A stretch of 64,000 nucleotides of DNA from an uncultured Gammaproteobacteria bacterium (lineage in GTDB: Bacteria > Pseudomonadota > Gammaproteobacteria > Magnimaribacterales > D2472), in contig CAXGZN010000001.1 in assembly GCA_964014565.1 (NCBI GenBank), positions 175 through 64,174 on the forward strand, written 5' to 3'. The notes under the pieces are model-generated. The model was not told the origin of the DNA and searched no databases. It saw only the letters and a list, made by a program, of their open reading frames with translations. Shown piece by piece: positions 57,859-64,000 of the stretch. Made by a program: the position numbers and the translations under genes. How positions within the stretch are numbered: the stretch's first letter is position 1; every line of letters starts with the position of its first letter.

Positions 57859-60141
57859 ATGTCACAAACAACAGTTAAAGATTTTGCAAAGACTTTAAAA
57901 ATCTCTGAGGAAGCATTACTTAAAAGAATGTCATCTGCTGGGTTGTCTCATAGCAGTGCAACAGACGAAGTAACGACAGCTCACAAACAAATTCTTCTAA
58001 GATCTCTAAAGCAGAAACAAAAACAAACTTCATCATCAATATCATCATCATCAGGGGTTGGTATAAAGGTTAAATCTAAAGGCGGGAAAGTTGTTGCTGA
58101 TTCTGGTGAAACTAAGAGCTACTCGGATAATATTGAGGCCAAAAGACAGGCTGCTTCTGAAGCATTGAAAGCTGAGCAGGTAAAAAGGCAAGAACAGCTA
58201 AAAGAAGCTGCCTCTAAAAGAGAAGCAAGATTCAAAGCAGAACAGAAAAATAAAGAAAATATAAAAGCCGCCGAAAAACCTAAGAATGTTAAAGAAGAGC
58301 TTTCAAAAGCAGCTGAGAAGTATGCAGAAAGCGATGGAATGAATATTGATGATCCTAAGCATAAGTTTGAAAAGCCTCAAGAATTTATTAAAAAAGATAT
58401 TGAGATACCAGAATCTATTCAAGTTGGAGAATTAGCAAAATTGATGGCAATTAAGGGCGGCGAGCTTGTAAAAACTCTAATGGGTTTAGGAGTCTCTGCA
58501 ACTATTAATGATATTTTAGATCAAGAAACAGCGATATTGGCTGTAGAAGAAATTGGTCACAACAGTATTGCAAAAGACTCAGATGATGTTGAAGAAGAAT
58601 TATTAAATCAAATTACCTATAACGGTAAAGAAAAAACAAGATCTCCAGTTGTAACAGTAATGGGTCATGTAGATCATGGGAAAACAACACTTTTAGATTT
58701 TATTAGGAAAGCTAAAGTAGTTGATTCAGAAGCTGGAGGCATTACACAGCATATTGGTGCTTATGAGGTAAAGTCAAAAGATAGCAGTATAACTTTTATA
58801 GACACACCAGGACATGCAGCTTTTTCTTCTATGAGAGCCAGAGGTGCAAATACAACTGATATTGTTGTTTTAGTAGTCGCTGCAAATGACAGCATCATGC
58901 CCCAAACTGAAGAAGCTATAAATCATGCAAAAGCTGCTGAAGTTTCGATAATAGTTGCCATTAATAAGATGGATCTTCAGGGCGCTGATGCTGAAAAGGT
59001 AAAAGGAGATTTAGGATCAAAAGACTTAGTACCAGAAGACTGGGGTGGTAATGTTCAGATGATCCCTGTTTCAGCTCTTAATGGAGATGGTGTTGATAAG
59101 CTTCTTGAAGCAATTTCTCTTGAGGCAGAAATTCTTGAGCTTAAAGCTTTTCATGAGGGAGATGCCCAAGGTGTCGTAATTGAGTCTGAATTGGATAAAT
59201 TTAGAGGAGCTGTCTCAACATTTTTAGTTCAGAATGGTTGTTTGAAAGTTGGTGACGTTGTGATCAGTGATATGTCTATGGGGAAAGTAAAGGCAATAAC
59301 GAATTCATCTGGAGAAAAGATTAAGCAAGCAGGACCATCATCAGCTGTTGAGGTGCTTGGTCTTGATACTGCTCCAAATGCGGGAAGTTCCTTCCAAGTT
59401 GTTAAAAATGAAAAAGCTGCAAGAGAAGTTATAGATTTTAGAGATAGCAAGCAAAAAGAAAAGAAACAAATTAAACAAAAAGACGACAACATGGGAGACA
59501 TATTTGAATCAATGGGCCAGGCTTCGATGAAATTTCTGAACCTAATAATTAAAACTGATGTTGCAGGAACTGCTGAAGCTATAAATGCCTCTCTTGCTAA
59601 AATAGGAAATGATGAGGTTTCAATTAAGATTGTTGCCTCTGGAGTTGGCGGTATTACAGAATCTGATGCAAATTTAGCAATTACCACCAATTCAAGTATT
59701 GTTGGTTTCAATGTTCGTGCTGACAATGCAGCAAAAAAGATAATTGAAAAAGAAGGAATCGACTTAACGTATTACAGCATTATTTATGAACTAATTGATG
59801 ATGCGAAAGCAAAACTAAGTGGATTACTTGATCCAATTATCAGAGAAGAGATAGTTGGAACGGCTGATGTTCTTGAAGTATTTAATTCACCAAAATTTGG
59901 GCAAGTTGCAGGTTGCGTTGTTGTAGAGGGAACTGTTCTTAGGAATAAGCCAGTAAGAGTTCTAAGAGATGATATTGTAATCTTCCAAGGTGAGCTGGAT
60001 TCTTTGAGAAGATTTAAAGATGATGTGAATGAAGTAAAGAATGGAACCGAATGTGGAATGGGTATCAAAAATTATAAAGATATTCGAGAGGGGGATAAGA
60101 TTGAGGTATTTGATAGGAAAGAAGAATCTCAATCAATTTAA
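57859..60141 (+). CDS. infB: translation initiation factor IF-2
   Basis: 760 aa with the G domain GHVDHGKTTLLD, DTPGH and NKMD, plus the conserved C-terminal domains. Confidence 0.96.
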   Translation: MSQTTVKDFAKTLKISEEALLKRMSSAGLSHSSATDEVTTAHKQILLRSLKQKQKQTSSSISSSSGVGIKVKSKGGKVVADSGETKSYSDNIEAKRQAASEALKAEQVKRQEQLKEAASKREARFKAEQKNKENIKAAEKPKNVKEELSKAAEKYAESDGMNIDDPKHKFEKPQEFIKKDIEIPESIQVGELAKLMAIKGGELVKTLMGLGVSATINDILDQETAILAVEEIGHNSIAKDSDDVEEELLNQITYNGKEKTRSPVVTVMGHVDHGKTTLLDFIRKAKVVDSEAGGITQHIGAYEVKSKDSSITFIDTPGHAAFSSMRARGANTTDIVVLVVAANDSIMPQTEEAINHAKAAEVSIIVAINKMDLQGADAEKVKGDLGSKDLVPEDWGGNVQMIPVSALNGDGVDKLLEAISLEAEILELKAFHEGDAQGVVIESELDKFRGAVSTFLVQNGCLKVGDVVISDMSMGKVKAITNSSGEKIKQAGPSSAVEVLGLDTAPNAGSSFQVVKNEKAAREVIDFRDSKQKEKKQIKQKDDNMGDIFESMGQASMKFLNLIIKTDVAGTAEAINASLAKIGNDEVSIKIVASGVGGITESDANLAITTNSSIVGFNVRADNAAKKIIEKEGIDLTYYSIIYELIDDAKAKLSGLLDPIIREEIVGTADVLEVFNSPKFGQVAGCVVVEGTVLRNKPVRVLRDDIVIFQGELDSLRRFKDDVNEVKNGTECGMGIKNYKDIREGDKIEVFDRKEESQSI

Positions 60142-60147
60142 GATAAT

Positions 60148-60477
60148 ATGTCCTTAAGACCTGAAAGAATTGCAGATTATCTTAAAAAAGAAATTTCAAA
60201 CATAATTCTTCAAAAAGTTAGAGATCCAAGACTTAAATCTATAGTCATAAATCATATTTCCGTAACACAAGACATTTCAGTTGCTAAAGTTTTTTATTCT
60301 GTCTATCAAGGTGAAACTGAGCTAAATGAAAAAATTCTTGCAAAATTTTCAGGCATGATTAGAAGCGAGATTTCAAAATCTATGAAAATTAGACGAGTGC
60401 CTAAGATTCTTTTTATTTTTGATAAAACGCCCGAGGAAGTAGATAACATAGAAAATCTCTTAAAGAACATTAAATGA
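60148..60477 (+). CDS. rbfA: ribosome-binding factor A
   Basis: 109 aa with the RbfA pattern (R..RIA..L.KEIS.I...DPRL). The position after infB is conserved. Confidence 0.88.
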   Translation: MSLRPERIADYLKKEISNIILQKVRDPRLKSIVINHISVTQDISVAKVFYSVYQGETELNEKILAKFSGMIRSEISKSMKIRRVPKILFIFDKTPEEVDNIENLLKNIK

Positions 60478-61145
60478 ATTCAGGTATTTTTTTAATTAAT
60501 AAAGACAAAGGTCTCTCATCTAATAAAGCTATCCAAAAAATAAAAAGAAGACTAGATATAAAAAAAATTGGTCATTTTGGCACGCTTGATCCTTTGGCAG
60601 AAGGCTTGTTAGTTTGCGGAATCAATAGGGGCACTAAGTTATCAGAGAGATTCCTAAATTTTGATAAGTCATACCTCGCAAAAATTATGTTGGGAATTCA
60701 AACCACAACTGATGACTCTGAGGGAAGTATTATCGATGAGAAAAAGATTCAAGCAAGTGAAGAGGAAATTATCGAAATGACTAAAACCTTTGTAGGGGAG
60801 TCAAAACAAAAAGCTCCATTTTTTTCTGCTTTAAAATATAAAGGTAAACCTCTTTATAAGCATGCACGAGAAGGAAGGCTGATTGAAAAAGAGCCCAGAG
60901 ATATAAAAATTTATAAGATATTAAATATCGTTGTAGAAAATGCTTTTGTCTCCTTTGAAATATCTTGCTCTAAGGGAACCTATATAAGATCTATTGCAAG
61001 AGACTTGGGTGACAAGCTTGGATGTGGCGGCCATTTAGTAGAGCTGGTGCGGCTTTCTCAAGGTAAATTTGAACTTAAAGATGCAAAAAAAGTAGATGAT
61101 GTCCAAATGAGTGACTTGATAAATATGGAGGATTTGCCCTTTTAA
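60474..61145 (+). CDS. truB: tRNA pseudouridine-55 synthase TruB, catalytic domain only
   Basis: 223 aa with GHFGTLDPLAEGLL (catalytic Asp) and KGTYIRSIARDLG. There is an ATGA overlap with rbfA. Confidence 0.9.
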   Translation: MNSGIFLINKDKGLSSNKAIQKIKRRLDIKKIGHFGTLDPLAEGLLVCGINRGTKLSERFLNFDKSYLAKIMLGIQTTTDDSEGSIIDEKKIQASEEEIIEMTKTFVGESKQKAPFFSALKYKGKPLYKHAREGRLIEKEPRDIKIYKILNIVVENAFVSFEISCSKGTYIRSIARDLGDKLGCGGHLVELVRLSQGKFELKDAKKVDDVQMSDLINMEDLPF

Positions 61146-61190
61146 ATATAAAAAAAATTAGTTGTTAATATCTTTAAATACCTTTAAGCT

Positions 61191-61264
61191 ACGCACTCAA
61201 ACTTTAGACATGCGAGGTTTGACGGGTGTAAATAAATAAAAATGCATGTCCTAGGAGAACAATT
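61191..61264 (+). promoter_or_regulatory. candidate S15 autoregulatory leader (hairpin plus pseudoknot abutting the Shine-Dalgarno sequence)
   Basis: Stem 1 pairs ACGCACTCAAAC (61191-61202) with GTTTGAcGGGTGT (61217-61229). The loop sequence GACATGC (61207-61213) is perfectly complementary to GCATGTC (61244-61250), which lies just 5' of the AGGAG Shine-Dalgarno sequence (61253-61257) and the ATG at 61265. Confidence 0.5.
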
Positions 61265-61534
61265 ATGGCGCTTTTAAAAGACGAAAAAGCTAATTTAGTA
61301 AAAAAATTCCAGAAGGATGAAAACGATACTGGATCTTCAGAGGTTCAGATCGCTTTACTTACAGAAAATATTAATAAACTTCAAAGTCATTTCAAGACAC
61401 ATAAAAAAGATCATCACTCAAGAACAGGTCTAATTAGGATGGTTAATCTCAGAAGAAAACTTTTAGCATATTTAAAAAGAACTAACCCTGAAAGTTATAA
61501 AAAAATTATTACTGACCTTAATTTAAGAGGATAA
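61265..61534 (+). CDS. rpsO: 30S ribosomal protein S15
   Basis: 89 aa of typical S15 ([27 protein letters not shown]). Confidence 0.95.
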   Translation: MALLKDEKANLVKKFQKDENDTGSSEVQIALLTENINKLQSHFKTHKKDHHSRTGLIRMVNLRRKLLAYLKRTNPESYKKIITDLNLRG

Positions 61535-61537
61535 AAC

Positions 61538-63622
61538 GTGGAAAAACATTTAGAACCAAAATCATTATCATTTGAATATGGGGGTAAAGAAATTACCCTC
61601 GAAACAGGAAGAATAGCAAGACAAGCAACTGCCGCTGTTCTTGTTACTGTGGACCAAACTCAAGTACTTACAACAGTTGTTGCAAGAAAAGAAGCTGATC
61701 CTGGAAAAGATTTCTTCCCACTTGCAGTTTTTTATCAAGAGAAATTTTATGCAGCAGGAAAAATTCCTGGTGGGTATTTTAAGAGAGAAGCTCGACCAAC
61801 TGAGAAAGAAACATTAACCTCCAGACTTATTGATAGACCAATTAGGCCTTTATTTCCTGATGAGTTCAAAAATGATGTTCAGATTATGTCTACTGTGATA
61901 TCTTCCGATGAAGAATTTTCTGCCGACATTGCAGCTATGATTGGAGCATCTGCAGCATTGTCTTTGTCTGGTGTGCCTTTTCAAGGACCTATTGGTGCTG
62001 CTAGAGTTGGTTTTATTGATGGGAGCTATGCTCTTAATCCATCAAAAAAAATAATGGATCAGTCTTTCTTGGATATGGTAGTTGCCGGTACATCTGAAGC
62101 AGTTCTCATGGTTGAATCTGAGGCGAGTGAACTTAATGAAGATCTTATGCTCGGTGCTGTATTGTTTGGGCATAAGTCTATGCAGATAGTAATTGATAAA
62201 ATAAGTGAGTTTAAAGAATTAGTAGGTGTTGAAGATTGGGTAGTTGAAAAGGATGAGGAAACACCTAAATATTTTGCTGAACTTGAATCAGATTTTTCAT
62301 CAAAGATTGAACAAGCATTCACAATTGCAAAGAAATCCGAAAGATCCGAAGCAATTAATTCAATTCGTCTTGAAATTTTAGAAAAATATGAAGATCTTGA
62401 TGAACTAGCCATTGGTAAAGTAATGAGTGCTTTCAAGAAACTTGAAAGTCAAATAGTTAGGAAAAATATCCTTTCAGGTAAACCAAGAATAGATGGGCGA
62501 GATTTAAATACCGTAAGGCAATTAACAGTTGAGACAGATGTTCTAAATAGAGCTCATGGCTCAGCTTTATTTACCAGAGGTGAAACTCAGGCTTTAGTAG
62601 CTGCAACGCTTGCATCTCCTCGAGATGCTCAAAGACTTGAATCTCTTGATGGTGAAGAACATGATCATTTTATGCTTCATTATAATTTTCCTGCTTATTG
62701 TGTAGGTGAGATTGGTATGCCAATGGGCCCCAAAAGAAGGGAGATTGGACACGGTAATTTAGCAAAAAGAGCTATAAAAGGTGTTCTTCCAGACTTTGAC
62801 GATTTTGGTTACACGGTGAGAATAGTTTCTGAAATTACTGAATCCAATGGTTCAAGCTCAATGGCCACTGTATGTGGGACTTCTCTTTCCTTAATGGATG
62901 CCGGAGTGCCTCTAACAGCTCCCGTTGCTGGAATAGCAATGGGTTTGATTAAAGATGGTGACGAGTTTGCAGTTCTAACAGATATCTTAGGAGATGAAGA
63001 TCATTTAGGTGATATGGATTTTAAAGTTGCTGGATCTGAAAAAGGAATAACAGCATTGCAGATGGATATAAAAATTGATGGCATTAATGAAAAAATAATG
63101 GATGAAGCGCTTACCAGCGCAAAAGATGCAAGAATGCATATACTTGAAAAGATGAATGAAGTTCTTTCCAAGCCAAAGGAATTAGCCTCAGATGCTCCAT
63201 CAATGCAAAAATTTATGGTCAACAAAGATAAGATAAAAGAAATTATTGGAAAGGGTGGTGCGGTCATTAAGTCTATCCAAGAAGAGTCTGGAGCAGTTGT
63301 GGATATAAATGACACTGGAGAAATATCAGTTTTTGGAGATAATCAGGCTAAGATGCAGGCTGCACTTGATATTATCGATAAGATTATTGAAGAGCCTGAA
63401 GTAGATAAAGTTTATGAAGGAACTGTTGTGAAGATAGTGGACTTCGGAGCATTCGTAAATATTTTACCTGGGAAGGATGGATTGCTCCATATTTCAGAGA
63501 TTTCGGAAGAGAGAACTGAGGATGTTTCAGCAGTTTTAGAAGAGGGACAGAAAGTTACAGTTAAGCTTATCGGTTTTGATAGGGGAAAAATGAAACTTTC
63601 AATTAAAGCCCTTAGTAAATAA
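61538..63622 (+). CDS. pnp: polynucleotide phosphorylase
   Basis: 694 aa with a GTG start 3 nt after the rpsO stop, and the Shine-Dalgarno sequence AAGAGGA inside the end of rpsO. It has two RNase PH domains plus KH and S1 domains. The N-terminus aligns with E. coli PNPase (..[25 protein letters not shown]). Confidence 0.96.
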   Translation: MEKHLEPKSLSFEYGGKEITLETGRIARQATAAVLVTVDQTQVLTTVVARKEADPGKDFFPLAVFYQEKFYAAGKIPGGYFKREARPTEKETLTSRLIDRPIRPLFPDEFKNDVQIMSTVISSDEEFSADIAAMIGASAALSLSGVPFQGPIGAARVGFIDGSYALNPSKKIMDQSFLDMVVAGTSEAVLMVESEASELNEDLMLGAVLFGHKSMQIVIDKISEFKELVGVEDWVVEKDEETPKYFAELESDFSSKIEQAFTIAKKSERSEAINSIRLEILEKYEDLDELAIGKVMSAFKKLESQIVRKNILSGKPRIDGRDLNTVRQLTVETDVLNRAHGSALFTRGETQALVAATLASPRDAQRLESLDGEEHDHFMLHYNFPAYCVGEIGMPMGPKRREIGHGNLAKRAIKGVLPDFDDFGYTVRIVSEITESNGSSSMATVCGTSLSLMDAGVPLTAPVAGIAMGLIKDGDEFAVLTDILGDEDHLGDMDFKVAGSEKGITALQMDIKIDGINEKIMDEALTSAKDARMHILEKMNEVLSKPKELASDAPSMQKFMVNKDKIKEIIGKGGAVIKSIQEESGAVVDINDTGEISVFGDNQAKMQAALDIIDKIIEEPEVDKVYEGTVVKIVDFGAFVNILPGKDGLLHISEISEERTEDVSAVLEEGQKVTVKLIGFDRGKMKLSIKALSK

Positions 63623-63729
63623 AGTTATAAAAGTCAAATTACGTTAAATATACTATTGAGGTAATTTGAAAACCATCATCAATTTTGGTTTCATATGCGT
63701 GTTAACCATTACCTTTATAGGGGGGAATT

Positions 63730-63951
63730 ATGGAAACTGGAATGAAAATGATAATGGATATAGTAACAGGTCTTACTAAGATCTTTGTTGCTTTTATCGG
63801 ATTTGGTGTTGTAGCTGGTATCGTTTTTGGCGGCAATGCTTTCTTAGTTGGCGATGTTCTTGAAAATCTTTTAGGTGTTGTTTCAATGCTTGGAGATGCT
63901 GGAATCGTTGGACTACTTGTAGCTGCTATTCTGATAGGGTTACTTAAGTAA
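63730..63951 (+). CDS. small Gly/Val/Leu-rich hydrophobic protein (about 2 TM), function unknown
   Basis: 73 aa with a strong Shine-Dalgarno sequence AGGGGGG (63719-63725) before the ATG. It shows coherent hydrophobic periodicity and is followed by a 10-bp hairpin. I recognise no family. Confidence 0.5.
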   Translation: METGMKMIMDIVTGLTKIFVAFIGFGVVAGIVFGGNAFLVGDVLENLLGVVSMLGDAGIVGLLVAAILIGLLK

Positions 63952-63964
63952 TCATTTATTCTTT

Positions 63965-63990
63965 CAAAGGGAGGTTTATACCTCCCTTTG
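63965..63990 (+). terminator. perfect 10-bp stem-loop downstream of the small ORF (possible terminator)
   Basis: CAAAGGGAGG-tttata-CCTCCCTTTG is the most GC-rich perfect hairpin in the window. It lacks a clean U-tract on either strand, so terminator function is inferred only. Confidence 0.45.
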
Positions 63991-64000
63991 ATCTAAAATC

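Noticed and set aside
59229-59726. Antisense ORFs of 60-165 aa inside large genes. Examples lie within infB here, and also at 12889-13233 (dxr), 14084-14476 (rseP), 23128-23469 (dnaE), 49458-49916 (carB) and 62059-62436 (pnp).
   Set aside because: Each is fully contained in a strongly supported gene on the other strand. All have S/L/F/I-rich low-complexity sequence and none has a recognisable motif.
63730-63951. Reading the 73-aa peptide as a double-glycine-leader bacteriocin precursor, on the basis of the GG at residues 34-35.
   Set aside because: The sequence before the GG is itself a hydrophobic TM-like segment rather than an LSxxELxxIxGG-type leader. The peptide is net acidic, and no transporter or immunity genes are visible before the window ends.

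Overview
This is a visibly AT-rich, very gene-dense chromosomal segment from a streamlined gammaproteobacterium. Most gene junctions are 0-20 nt or overlap, and the gene order matches well-known Pseudomonas and E. coli core blocks. I call 61 protein genes (one partial), a tmRNA, tRNA-Leu(GAG) and an initiator tRNA-Met.

Content from left to right:
- A partial SDR, then ssrA-smpB.
- A DUF3429-like membrane protein, an NSS transporter, a ratA-like gene, bamE and fur.
- grpE-dnaK-dnaJ behind a sigma-32 promoter.
- The long rpsB-tsf-pyrH-frr-uppS-cdsA-dxr-rseP-bamA-skp-lpxD-fabZ-lpxA-lpxB-rnhB-dnaE-accA-tilS cluster.
- A looser patch: crotonase, long-form leuA, a psi-like gene with rimI, glutathione peroxidase, an ElaA-like GNAT, an FG-GAP propeller lipoprotein, and astA-astB.
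- valS-pepA divergent from lptF-lptG, then an RDD protein, a POT transporter and dapE-map.
- carAB-greA-rlmE-ftsH-glmM-tpiA-secG, the two tRNAs, and rimP-nusA-infB-rbfA-truB-rpsO-pnp.
- A small hydrophobic ORF at the right edge.

I saw no transposase, integrase, phage gene, CRISPR array, toxin-antitoxin pair or recognisable defence cassette. I do not find a convincing multi-gene novel system in this window.

The items worth a second look are single-gene or RNA-level oddities:
- A ValRS that lacks its whole C-terminal coiled-coil region.
- Ribosomal protein S2 with a roughly 90-aa acidic tail.
- pnp fused 3 nt behind rpsO, so there is no pnp leader.
- A well-formed S15-type pseudoknot upstream of rpsO.
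- An inverted tRNA-Leu abutting secG.
- An initiator tRNA with U1/U72.
- A possible ArfA-like 42-codon ORF in a convergent gap.
- A seven-blade FG-GAP lipoprotein.
- A Gly-rich 73-aa membrane peptide with flanking RNA hairpins.
- A nested arrangement of two classic synteny blocks.
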